The notes beneath the pieces are model-generated. The model saw only the letters and a list, made by a program, of their open reading frames with translations, had not been told where the DNA came from and ran no database searches. A stretch of DNA of 63,455 bases, the filler included. It is 6 parts of 6 records of this genome, joined end to end, with 100 filler letters (N's around TTAATTAATTAA, not from the genome) between each part and the next. Parts side by side here need not be neighbours in the genome. Positions count along the whole stretch, not along the records: positions 1 to 10,576 come from DRR723986_13294; 5 more parts are not named here. One strand, written 5' to 3'. Both the position numbers and the translations under genes were made by a program. Positions 1 to 9,336 of this stretch are shown piece after piece. Numbering within the stretch: position 1 is the stretch's first letter; every line of letters starts with the position of its first letter.

Positions 1-426
<426 letters not shown>

Positions 427-574
427 TTATCTGTTCCTGGCCTGCGCGCCGTGCTGGAAAACACCTGAAAAACATGGCCCAAACGCGCGTTCGCGGGGCG
501 ATGGTCTGGCAGATGCGGTCCTCCCGCTGCGCATATTCTGGAATGGTTCTAACAAATGCAACTCATTTGTTTAA

Positions 575-611
575 GTTGCATTTTCCGATTGTTACGATAA
601 CTTTTTCCTAT
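575..611. promoter_or_regulatory. putative OxyR operator between divergent katG and oxyR
   Basis: Minus strand reads ATAG-N7-TTAT-N7-ATCG-N7-CAAC, matching the spacing of the OxyR ATAG-N7-CTAT-N7-ATAG-N7-CTAT consensus. It overlaps the oxyR start codon. Confidence 0.7.
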
Positions 612-1560
612 GGAAAAGTTTACCCTCAGGCAGTTGCGCTATTTCGAGGCGCTGGCGCAGCACGGCCATTTCGGGCGTGCGGCAGAGGCCTGTGCCATTT
701 CCCAGCCGGCCTTGTCCGTGCAGATCAAAGAACTGGAGGAAACACTTGGCACCGCATTGTTCGAACGCAGCGCCCGGCAGGTGCGCCTGACCGGGTTTGG
801 CGAGGATGTGGCCAAGAAAGTGCGCGATATTCTGCGGGGGGCTGATGACCTGGCCGATTTCGCACGGCTGTCCAAGGATCGTTTGGCCGGACGGTTGAGA
901 ATCGGAGTGATCCCGACCATCGCGCCCTATCTTCTTCCAACGATCATTGGCGATCTTGGCGCGCGCTATCCGGGGCTGGATCTGCGCTTGCGCGAAACGC
1001 TGACACCCAGGTTGATACAGGAACTGGCGGAAGGGCGGCTGGACACGGCCATTGTGGCGCTGCCGGTGTCGGAACCGTCTTTCACCGAAGTGCCGCTGTT
1101 TCGCGAGGATTTCGTGCTTGTTCGTCCAAGCGAAGATGCGGACAAGCCGGTGCCCAATGCGGAAACCTTGCGGGAAATGCGATTGCTGCTGTTGGAGGAA
1201 GGTCACTGTTTCCGTGATCAGGCCCTGTCCTTTTGCAGCATGAATTCGGCCCTGCCGCGCGAATTGCTGGATGGCAGTTCGCTGTCCACCCTTGTGCAGA
1301 TGGTGGGGGCGGGCATCGGCGTGACCCTGATCCCGGACATGGCGGTGCCTGTGGAAACGCGTTCGGCCTCTGTTTCGCTTGCCCGGTTCCCCGACCCGCG
1401 CCCGTCGCGGCTGATCGGGATGATCTGGCGAAACAGCAACCCGCTGGCAGACCAGTTGCGGCAGGTGGCAGAGGTGGTGCGCCAGTCGGCGGACACAATG
1501 ACGGCGCGCAATGCCGCGTTGACCAGCGCGGGGCAAGGGGATGGCGGGCCGCTTGCGTGA
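610..1560 (+). CDS. oxyR: hydrogen peroxide-inducible LysR regulator OxyR
   Basis: LysR HTH plus LLEEGHCFRDQALSFC carrying the two redox cysteines; divergent from katG. Confidence 0.95.
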   Translation: MEKFTLRQLRYFEALAQHGHFGRAAEACAISQPALSVQIKELEETLGTALFERSARQVRLTGFGEDVAKKVRDILRGADDLADFARLSKDRLAGRLRIGVIPTIAPYLLPTIIGDLGARYPGLDLRLRETLTPRLIQELAEGRLDTAIVALPVSEPSFTEVPLFREDFVLVRPSEDADKPVPNAETLREMRLLLLEEGHCFRDQALSFCSMNSALPRELLDGSSLSTLVQMVGAGIGVTLIPDMAVPVETRSASVSLARFPDPRPSRLIGMIWRNSNPLADQLRQVAEVVRQSADTMTARNAALTSAGQGDGGPLA

Positions 1561-1728
1561 CGTGCCAAGGTGATTGACCTGTTCGGACAATGCTGTAGGT
1601 GTTCCGGCAAAGGCCGGGGGCTGTAGGTTTACCGGCGATTGCCGGGGCCGGTCTCTTTGTGCCAGACTTGCTGTCGAAGACCGATTGACCTGACCAGATT
1701 TCAAGATCGCGGAGAGACTGACGTGAAC

Positions 1729-2079
1729 ATGACCCGGACCATTGCCGTCGCCCTGATGCCTCTGTTGTTGACCGCCTGCGCCGAGCCTGTGCCGGAAGAC
1801 GATGGCCTGCCGGGACTGCCCGTGGAGGTCACCGAGGAACTGATCGCGATGGTTGAGCCAACGCAAAGCCTGACGTCGGTGCGGATCCTGCCGGAAGACG
1901 GCTGCTATTGGTATCGCTATTCCGGCCCGGTCGAAACGACCTATCTGCCGCTGCGCACTACCGAAGGGCGGCGCATTTGCAGCGAACAGGCCGCAGAGAT
2001 CGCGGCAGCCGCTGAGGCAGAACGCCTCGCCGCAGAAGCCGCCGCGGCGGATGCAGCTGCGGCGGGTCTCGGAACCTGA
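1729..2079 (+). CDS. small lipoprotein of unknown function
   Basis: MTRTIAVALMPLLLTA-C lipobox; GCYWY...GRRIC cysteine pair; Ala-rich tail. Start placed at the ATG after a GGAG RBS. Confidence 0.75.
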   Translation: MTRTIAVALMPLLLTACAEPVPEDDGLPGLPVEVTEELIAMVEPTQSLTSVRILPEDGCYWYRYSGPVETTYLPLRTTEGRRICSEQAAEIAAAAEAERLAAEAAAADAAAAGLGT

Positions 2080-2091
2080 TGTCAGGAAAGC

Positions 2092-2745
2092 TCAGCTTTC
2101 GGCGGTGACCCAGTCATCGGCGGGGTAAAGCGTTGCGGTCACGCCCACATCGACATTGTCGTACAGCCCGATGATATGGGCCATCACCATGCGCACGCAG
2201 CCGGAACTTGCGCGGCGTCCGATGGACCAGGGCTGCGGCGTGCCGTGGATGCGAAGATAGGTGTCGCGCTGCCCGACATAGAGATACAGCGCCCGCGCCC
2301 CGAGCGGATTTTCCGGGCCACCGGGCATTCCGTCGGCGAACTGTTCATAGACGCCCGGTTCCCGCTCGATCATGCTAGCGGTCGGCGTCCAGGACGGCCA
2401 GCGCGCCTTGCGCCCGACCGTATATGTGCCGGGTTCGTACAGATCGTTGCGGCCAATGGCGACGCCATAGCGCATCGCGGTGCCGTCATCCTGAATGTGG
2501 TAGAGATAGCGCGCCACTGCATCCACATGAATGTCACCCGCGGCCAGCCCGGCATTCGCCTCGACCCGAGTGGGCAGAAAACGCGGCTCGATCCCCCACG
2601 GGTTGGTAACACCGGGGTCATAATTGGCGGGGGTGACCAGCGCATCCCATCCATCCCAATTGGCCGGAGTTGCCAAGGCGGGTCCGGCAATGGGTGCCGA
2701 AAACAGGGCGGCAGTCGTCATGATGAAATGGCGCCTGCTGAGCAT
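2092..2745 (-). CDS. L,D-transpeptidase (YkuD/ErfK family), Tat-exported
   Basis: SRRHF twin-arginine signal; LGARALYL, RIHGT and SSGCVRM catalytic motifs. Confidence 0.93.
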   Translation of the reverse strand: MLSRRHFIMTTAALFSAPIAGPALATPANWDGWDALVTPANYDPGVTNPWGIEPRFLPTRVEANAGLAAGDIHVDAVARYLYHIQDDGTAMRYGVAIGRNDLYEPGTYTVGRKARWPSWTPTASMIEREPGVYEQFADGMPGGPENPLGARALYLYVGQRDTYLRIHGTPQPWSIGRRASSGCVRMVMAHIIGLYDNVDVGVTATLYPADDWVTAES

Positions 2746-2875
2746 GTTGCGTCTCCGATTCGAAATTCCGTGGGCCTTGGCCCTCCAATCTGGGGGTCAT
2801 CGTGCTTTCGGGCAAGCTTTGCAAGGGTTTCACACCGTCACATCTGCGTGTGGCATGTCCTTGCCGATGACGATC

Positions 2876-5311
2876 CTAGCCGCGCACCCGCTGATTATCA
2901 GGATCATAGGGGCCGGGGGCGATGACGGTTGCGGCGATGTGATCGCCGATCAGGTCAAGGACCAGTTTGGTGCCGGAAGCGGCCAGATCAGGCTCGATGA
3001 ACGCATAGGCCAGGTTCATCCCGACCCGGTGCCCCCAATCGCCCGATGTCACGGTGCCGACCACGCGGTCCCCGAGCATGACCGAGGAACCGGGCGTTGC
3101 GGGGCGATCCGTACAGTCAATGTGCAGGGACACAAGCTTGCGCCCCGGCCCGCCTTTCACCCGCGCCTCAAGTGCCTTTTTGCCAATGAAATCAGGCTTT
3201 TCCATCTTGACGAAACGCTCGAGTCCGGTCTCGAACGGGTCGAACTCGGTCAGCAGATCGGCCTTCCAGTGCAAATAGCCCTTTTCCATCCGCATGGATT
3301 CGATTGCCCGCGCGCCAAAGAGATGCAGGCCATGCGCCTCGCCCGCCTTTCGCAAGGCGAGATAGGCGGCGTAGAGCTGATTGTTGGGCAGGTGAATTTC
3401 ATAGGCCAACTCGCCTGAAAAGCTGACCGACATGACCGTTGCGGGCGCGATGCCAACGAAACATTCGCGTACTGACAGCCAGGGGAACCCCTGCGCTGAC
3501 CAGTCGCCCCGCGATACCGCCGACAGGACGTCGCGCGATTTGGGGCCAGCCAGCACCAGTATGGTCTGATCGTTTGTCAGGGACCGGATCTGCACATCCT
3601 CATCGGCCCGCAAATGCCGGGTCAGCCAGTCCATGTCATGCTGTTCGGCGGCTGCGGCAGAGCCATACCAGACCCGATCCGGGCCACGATCTGATGCGGG
3701 CAGATTTGCAATCGTCGCTTCGGCCTTGATCATGCCGTGGTGGTTCAGCAGATAGCCAAGTCCGACCTTTCCGGGCTTGCGCGTCACCCGACCGCAGATC
3801 ATCCGGTCGAGAAAATCATGCGCATCCGCGCCGGTGATCTCGTAGCGGTTGAAGCCGTTCACCTCTGCCATCCCGACACCGGTCTGCACCGCCTTCACAT
3901 CGCGCGCGACGATGTCGAAGACCTCGTTGAAGCGGAAGCCATAGCTTTCATAGAAATCGGGGGAAGGTTTCAGAAACTCCATCCGTTCCCAGCCATTGAC
4001 CACCGTGAATTCCGCGCCTTCCGCGGCCAGCACCGGGGTCAGCGGTGTGGTCTTGATCGGCCGCCCGGCGGGGCGGTGTTCATGGGGGAAGTGAAAGCGG
4101 AATTCGTTCTGGTAGTCCTCAATCGCCTTCAACGCGGTCAGTTCCACATTGCCATGGCCGGTAAATCGGCGCGGGTCGGTCACCCATGTGTCATAGCAGG
4201 CTTCGCCATGGACGATCTGTTGCGCCAGCAGCCAGCCATGGCCGCCACCTTCGCCAAGCCCGGCGCGCAGGCCGATGATGCAATAGGCGTTGCGCTTGCC
4301 GGGAATCGGGCCAACGAGGGGGGCGCCGTCAATCGTGTAGGTGATCGGGCCGTTGACCACGGTATGAATGCCGGTTTCCATCAGGGCGGGCATCCGGGCG
4401 AAGGCGCCTTCCAGCACGTCGGTCACCCGGTCCAGATCGTCAGGGCACAGCGCGTTGACGAAATTGGGGTCGATCCCGTCCATGCCCCAGGTCTTGCAGC
4501 CCTGCTCGTAGAACCCGAGCAGCAGCCCGTTCTTTTCCTGACGGCAATAGTAGTCTCTGATCGGGCAGCGCAGCAGCGGCATCCGGTGGCCCGCATCGCG
4601 GATGGCGGGGATCTCTTCGGTCAGGAAATACTGGTGTTCCATCGACATGACGGGGTGATGCACGCCCATCATCGCGCCCACCTCGTTCACCCGGTAGCCA
4701 CAGGCGTTGATCACCACATCGGCGTGGATCTCCCCCTTGTCGGTTTCCACGATCCAGGTGTCATCCTGCAACTGGCGCAGGCCCGTCACCGGCGTATGGC
4801 GATGCACCTCGGCCCCGGCGTTGCGGGCGCGCCGCGCCAGCGCCTGACACAGCTGCGCCGGGTCGATATCGCCATCCAGCGGATCCCACAACCCGCCAAT
4901 CAGGTTCTCGGTGGAAATCAGCGGATGCCGCCTTGCACATTCCTCGGCGTCGATCACCTCGAAATGCACATCCATCCCCCGCGCCATAGAGGCGAAATGG
5001 CGGTAGCCGTCCATCTGCGCCTCGGTGTTGGCCAGCCGGATGCCGCCATCGCCGTGGTGGTAGTTGATCGGATAGTCGGGATCGTCGGCCAATTCCTTGT
5101 AGAGCGCGATGGAATGGGTTTTCAGCCCGACCATCGTCTGGGTCATCCCGAAATTCGTGACCTGTGCCGCAGAATGCCACGTGGTGCCCGAGGTCAGTTC
5201 GTCACGTTCCAGCAGCATGACATCGGTCCAGCCCTCCTGCGTCAGGTGGTAGAGCGTGGAGCATCCGGCGATGCCGCCGCCGATCACGACGGCCTTGGTG
5301 CGGGTTTTCAT
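2876..5311 (-). CDS. FAD-dependent oxidoreductase with GcvT domain (dimethylglycine/sarcosine dehydrogenase family)
   Basis: VIGGGIAG Rossmann motif, GTTWH flavinylation-type motif, C-terminal folate-binding GcvT domain (SFSGELAYE, MRMEKGY, GTVTSG). Start moved to MKTRTK. Confidence 0.92.
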   Translation of the reverse strand: MKTRTKAVVIGGGIAGCSTLYHLTQEGWTDVMLLERDELTSGTTWHSAAQVTNFGMTQTMVGLKTHSIALYKELADDPDYPINYHHGDGGIRLANTEAQMDGYRHFASMARGMDVHFEVIDAEECARRHPLISTENLIGGLWDPLDGDIDPAQLCQALARRARNAGAEVHRHTPVTGLRQLQDDTWIVETDKGEIHADVVINACGYRVNEVGAMMGVHHPVMSMEHQYFLTEEIPAIRDAGHRMPLLRCPIRDYYCRQEKNGLLLGFYEQGCKTWGMDGIDPNFVNALCPDDLDRVTDVLEGAFARMPALMETGIHTVVNGPITYTIDGAPLVGPIPGKRNAYCIIGLRAGLGEGGGHGWLLAQQIVHGEACYDTWVTDPRRFTGHGNVELTALKAIEDYQNEFRFHFPHEHRPAGRPIKTTPLTPVLAAEGAEFTVVNGWERMEFLKPSPDFYESYGFRFNEVFDIVARDVKAVQTGVGMAEVNGFNRYEITGADAHDFLDRMICGRVTRKPGKVGLGYLLNHHGMIKAEATIANLPASDRGPDRVWYGSAAAAEQHDMDWLTRHLRADEDVQIRSLTNDQTILVLAGPKSRDVLSAVSRGDWSAQGFPWLSVRECFVGIAPATVMSVSFSGELAYEIHLPNNQLYAAYLALRKAGEAHGLHLFGARAIESMRMEKGYLHWKADLLTEFDPFETGLERFVKMEKPDFIGKKALEARVKGGPGRKLVSLHIDCTDRPATPGSSVMLGDRVVGTVTSGDWGHRVGMNLAYAFIEPDLAASGTKLVLDLIGDHIAATVIAPGPYDPDNQRVRG

Positions 5312-5381
5312 GGGGCTGTTTCCTATGGCTTTTGGAAGACTGTCGAGCCTCTGTCGGATGGCGGCAAGAGCGACGTTATGA

Positions 5382-5398
5382 TTTCGAGAAATTCGAAA
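5382..5398. promoter_or_regulatory. LysR-type operator TTTCGA-GAAAT-TCGAAA
   Basis: Palindrome with a T-N11-A core in the divergent oxidoreductase/mttB spacer; the same motif recurs at 7995-8011. Confidence 0.65.
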
Positions 5399-5492
5399 CA
5401 GATTTGAGAAAACCTGCGCCCTCTGCGGTTTGAGTTGCCAGACCGGGCACAACGGGGCTTTGCTGCCAAAAGACAGGACAGGAGCATGAAGG

Positions 5493-7016
5493 ATGCAGCC
5501 AGCGGGCAGGCGATCAGGGGGACGGCGCGACAGATTGGCGGCGCGGGCGCGGGGGCCGGAAAATCCCTGTCCACCGGGGCAGCGCGGCGGGCAGTATGCG
5601 CCGCTGACAGTGCCTGAGATCCGCGCGATTTACGATACTGCCCTGCGCCTGCTGGCCGAGTTGGGCATGGGCGAGGTGCCCGACCGGTTGCGCCGCGATC
5701 TGCACGCGGCAGGCGCGACAGAGGCCGAGAATGGCCGCATCCTGTTTCCGCGTTCCCTGACTGAGGATGCCATCGCCCACGCCGCCAAACGCTTTATCTT
5801 GCATGGGCAGGACGACGCGCGGTCCATCGAGGTTGGCGGCGACGCGGTCCATTTCGGCACCGGTGGCGCGGCGGTGCAGACGCTGGATATGGAGACCGGG
5901 CTCTACCGGCCTTCGACTTTGCAGGACTTGCGGGATTTCACCCGGTTGCAAGACACTCTTCCCAATGTCAGCTGGTTCACCCGCTGCTGTGTGGCGACCG
6001 ACATGCCGGACGAATTTTCGCTGGATGTGAACACCGTGCATGCATTGGTCTGCAACACCACCAAACCGGTGGCGACCTCGTTCACGCTGGCCGCTCACGT
6101 GGCCCCGATCGTTGAGATGCTGGATATCGTGGCGGGGACGGAGGGAGGCTTTTCCCGACGGCCCTTCGTCAAGGCCCATATCAGTCCCGTCATTTCGCCC
6201 ATGCGGTTCGGAGAGGACGCGGTCGACGTGGTCTATGACTGCATCGCCCACAACATCCCGATGTCCTGCATCACCGCCGCGCAATCGGGGGCGACTGCGC
6301 CTGCCACTTTGGCGGGGTTTCTGGCGCAATCGCTGGCCGAGACACTGGCGAGTCTCGTGATGGTTCATGCGATCAAACCCGGCCATCCCATGGTTTTTTC
6401 CAACTGGCCGCTGGTCATCGACCTGCGCACCGGATCTTTCGCGGGCGGCGGCGGCGAGATTGCGGTGATGAACGCGGCTTCCGCGCAGATTTCCAACTGG
6501 TTGGGGCTGCCCTCGGGGGTGGCGTCCTCGATGACCGACGCCAAGGCAATCGACGCACAGTATGGCGTGGAAAAGGCGATGACAGCTCTGGCGGCGGGGC
6601 TGGCGGGGGGCAACCTGATCTATGAAAGCTCTGGCATGACGGCGTCGTTGCTGGGGGCGAGTTTTGAGGCCTTCGTGATCGACAATGAAATGCACGCCGC
6701 CATCTACCGAATGCTGCGCGGGGTGGAGGTCAGCGACGCGACCCTCGGCTTCGATACCATCTGTCAGGTGGTGATGGGCGAGGGGCATTTCCTGGGCGCG
6801 GGGCAGACCCATGCGGCGATGGAGCGGGATTATTTCTATCCCAGTCTCGCCGACCGCGATGCGCCGATCACCTGGGCCGAAAAAGGCGCTCCGGACATGT
6901 GGGCACGCGCCAGGCTGAGGGTGCGGGACATCCTGCGCGATCATCGCCCGACCTATGTGTCACCCGATCAGGACAACGCGATCAGGGCGTTGTTTCCGGG
7001 GCTGATCCGGGGCTAG
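5493..7016 (+). CDS. trimethylamine methyltransferase (MttB) family protein, non-pyrrolysine
   Basis: RRSGGRR N-terminus, FGTGG, SPMRF, ATAPATLAG, DLRTG, TDAKAIDAQ and GEGHFLG motifs; about 500 aa with no internal amber codon. Confidence 0.9.
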   Translation: MQPAGRRSGGRRDRLAARARGPENPCPPGQRGGQYAPLTVPEIRAIYDTALRLLAELGMGEVPDRLRRDLHAAGATEAENGRILFPRSLTEDAIAHAAKRFILHGQDDARSIEVGGDAVHFGTGGAAVQTLDMETGLYRPSTLQDLRDFTRLQDTLPNVSWFTRCCVATDMPDEFSLDVNTVHALVCNTTKPVATSFTLAAHVAPIVEMLDIVAGTEGGFSRRPFVKAHISPVISPMRFGEDAVDVVYDCIAHNIPMSCITAAQSGATAPATLAGFLAQSLAETLASLVMVHAIKPGHPMVFSNWPLVIDLRTGSFAGGGGEIAVMNAASAQISNWLGLPSGVASSMTDAKAIDAQYGVEKAMTALAAGLAGGNLIYESSGMTASLLGASFEAFVIDNEMHAAIYRMLRGVEVSDATLGFDTICQVVMGEGHFLGAGQTHAAMERDYFYPSLADRDAPITWAEKGAPDMWARARLRVRDILRDHRPTYVSPDQDNAIRALFPGLIRG

Positions 7017-7981
7017 GCCGTCAGTAAGCGGAAATCATCAGCCAACCATGGATGGGCGGCCACCATCGGTGCGATAATGCGGTCCTGCAACAGCGGGCGC
7101 AGGGTTTTGTCCAAGGTCTCAAACAGGCTGACCGGCAGATCATCAGCACGGAAAATCGACAGTCGGCGCACGAATCCAGCCCCCGCCAGCGGCATGATCG
7201 CGATCCGGCCGTGGTATCGGTCGGCACTGGCCACATTCAGGACAGTCGTGATGGTCCAGGCCTTTTCCTCGGCGATCAGTGCCATGATCGCGGGCGTGCT
7301 CTCAAATTCCAGCCGAGACGGCAGATCGAGCCGCTGGCGTCTCAGCTGCGCTTCGATCCGGCGGCCCATGAGCTGTTTTTTGGAGTAGCGCAAAAACGGC
7401 AGATCGACCCGTGCTCCAAGGTAGTCGCCAGCCGAGTCGCTGCGTCCCTTCGGCACGACCAGAACGTAAGGGTCGCGCAGCAGCGGCGCTTCGGTCAGGC
7501 GCATGACTCGAAATTCGGCAGCAGATGCGATTCCAAGATCAATCTCGTCGCTTTGCAGCAGGGTCAGGATGTCGTGACTGGGGCGCGAGAGAAACGAGAA
7601 TTCGCAGGCGGGCAGGGCGCTGGACAGGCTGGCGGCAAGGGCGGGCGTCACCTCGGAATCGAGATCCTCGATCATCGCGATACGCAGCGACCTGATCAGG
7701 GCCGCAGGATCGTTGGACCAGACTTCGGACATGCCCTTGCGCAACAGCATCAGCGAGTCGTCAACCCGCGCCAGAAGGATGTCGCCTTCCGGTGTCAGCT
7801 TCATGGGGCGCTTGCGATGGTCGATCAGCGCGACACCCACGGCCTCTTCCAGACAGGTCAGGTGATGCGATACGGTGCTGATCGAGATATCGAGCCGTCG
7901 CGCCGCCGCCTGAACCGAGCCGCTGCGCGCGACGGCCTGAAAGACCTCCAGCCACTTGAGGCTAAGCTTGCTGCGTTCCAT
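7013..7981 (-). CDS. LysR-family transcriptional regulator
   Basis: N-terminal HTH (LKWLEVFQAVARSGSVQAAARRLDISISTVSHHL) plus substrate-binding domain. Confidence 0.93.
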   Translation of the reverse strand: MERSKLSLKWLEVFQAVARSGSVQAAARRLDISISTVSHHLTCLEEAVGVALIDHRKRPMKLTPEGDILLARVDDSLMLLRKGMSEVWSNDPAALIRSLRIAMIEDLDSEVTPALAASLSSALPACEFSFLSRPSHDILTLLQSDEIDLGIASAAEFRVMRLTEAPLLRDPYVLVVPKGRSDSAGDYLGARVDLPFLRYSKKQLMGRRIEAQLRRQRLDLPSRLEFESTPAIMALIAEEKAWTITTVLNVASADRYHGRIAIMPLAGAGFVRRLSIFRADDLPVSLFETLDKTLRPLLQDRIIAPMVAAHPWLADDFRLLTA

Positions 7982-7994
7982 TCGCGGCCCCTCA

Positions 7995-8011
7995 CTTCGA
8001 ATAAGTCGAAG
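7995..8011. promoter_or_regulatory. LysR autoregulatory operator CTTCGA-ATAAG-TCGAAG
   Basis: Palindrome 13 nt upstream of the LysR start codon; same TTCGA-N5-TCGAA core as 5382-5398. Confidence 0.65.
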
Positions 8012-8057
8012 CTAGAGAGCCGCAAGGCGTTCGGCAATGGCAGAGTTCCGCCGGGGA

Positions 8058-9332
8058 TCAGGCCAGCGCCTTTGCAGCAGCTTGCAAGGCTTTTCGGGTG
8101 ATCTCCAGATCGTCGTCCGTCAGTGCCAGGCAGGGATATGTCTTGCCGGGTGACTTGAACAGCCCATGTGCCCGCAGCGCATCGTTATAGGCCTTCGCGC
8201 GGGGGGCATTGCCGCCTTGGACAGCGCGGTAATCCCGTGGGTTCGTTTCGGAGAAAACCACCTCGAACAGCGTCGGGTCGCCCACGATCCGATAGGGAAT
8301 GCCGGTGGGGTCCAGCGCCTCCCGGATCATGGTTTGCACGCATTCCCCAAACCCGCGCAGCCGGTCATACTGCCCCTCGCGGCGCAGGATTTCGAGGCTC
8401 TTGAGACCCGCAATGGCGGCGACAGGATTGCCAGACAGAGTGCCAAGCTGCATCAGCCAGCGGTCCGCACCAATGGCCCCTTTGTCGAAATGTGCCATGA
8501 TATCGGCGCGGCCCACGATGGCGGCCAGCGGAAAGCCCCCGCCAATGACCTTGCCGAGCGTGGCAATGTCGGGCGTCACCCCGTAAAGCGCCTGCGCGCC
8601 GCCATAGGCGAAGCGGAAGCCGGTCACGACCTCATCGAAGATCAGCACGATGCCATAGCGGTCGGCCTCATCGCGTAGCAGTTGCAGAAAGCCGGGGGCA
8701 GGCGGGATGATGCGTTGAAGGGGTTCAACGATGATCGCGGCGACCTGATCCCCATGTTCGGCAAGCAGCGAGCGAATGAAGTCGGGGTCGTTGAACGGCG
8801 CGATCAGCATGTCGGCTGCGACGCTGGCGGGGATGCCGGCGCTGTCCGGCACCGCTTGCGGGAAATTTACCATCCTGGCGGGGGCCAGCGACATCTGCGC
8901 TTCTGCGCTCATCCCGTGATAGCCGCCTTCGAACTTGACGATCTTGTCGCGCCCGGTGAAGGCGCGGGCCAGCCGCATGGCATACATATCGGCCTCGCCA
9001 CCAGAAGACACGTAGCGCAGCTGCTCTGCACAGGGTACGGCGCGGCAGATTTCCTCGGCCAGCTCCACGCCCGGCGCGTTGTTGGCAAAGAAGGTCATGC
9101 CCTTGGGAAGCTGTTCATAAATGGCGTCCATCACTTCCGGGTGGCCGTGGCCAAGCAGCATGGGGCCGGAACCGATGAGGTAATCGACATATTCCCTGCC
9201 GTCTTCATCCGTGACACGGGCGCCTTGACCCTCGCGGATGAAAATGGACGGGTCGAAATTACCGAACCCTCCGCCGGGCAGGACAGCGCGGGCTCGGGCG
9301 GCCCAATCGGATTGGCTGAGAACGGGGGTCAT
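8058..9332 (-). CDS. class III PLP-dependent aminotransferase (glutamate-1-semialdehyde aminomutase-like subfamily)
   Basis: GPMLLGH, SSGGEA, KFEGGYHG, LIFDEVVTGFR, and TLGKVIGGG with the PLP lysine. Confidence 0.9.
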   Translation of the reverse strand: MTPVLSQSDWAARARAVLPGGGFGNFDPSIFIREGQGARVTDEDGREYVDYLIGSGPMLLGHGHPEVMDAIYEQLPKGMTFFANNAPGVELAEEICRAVPCAEQLRYVSSGGEADMYAMRLARAFTGRDKIVKFEGGYHGMSAEAQMSLAPARMVNFPQAVPDSAGIPASVAADMLIAPFNDPDFIRSLLAEHGDQVAAIIVEPLQRIIPPAPGFLQLLRDEADRYGIVLIFDEVVTGFRFAYGGAQALYGVTPDIATLGKVIGGGFPLAAIVGRADIMAHFDKGAIGADRWLMQLGTLSGNPVAAIAGLKSLEILRREGQYDRLRGFGECVQTMIREALDPTGIPYRIVGDPTLFEVVFSETNPRDYRAVQGGNAPRAKAYNDALRAHGLFKSPGKTYPCLALTDDDLEITRKALQAAAKALA

Positions 9333-9336
9333 TGGG

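Noticed and set aside
5493-7016. Pyrrolysine readthrough in MttB
   Set aside because: No internal TAG. The expected site just before TDAK is a sense codon, and the terminal TAG gives a normal full-length protein abutting the convergent LysR gene.
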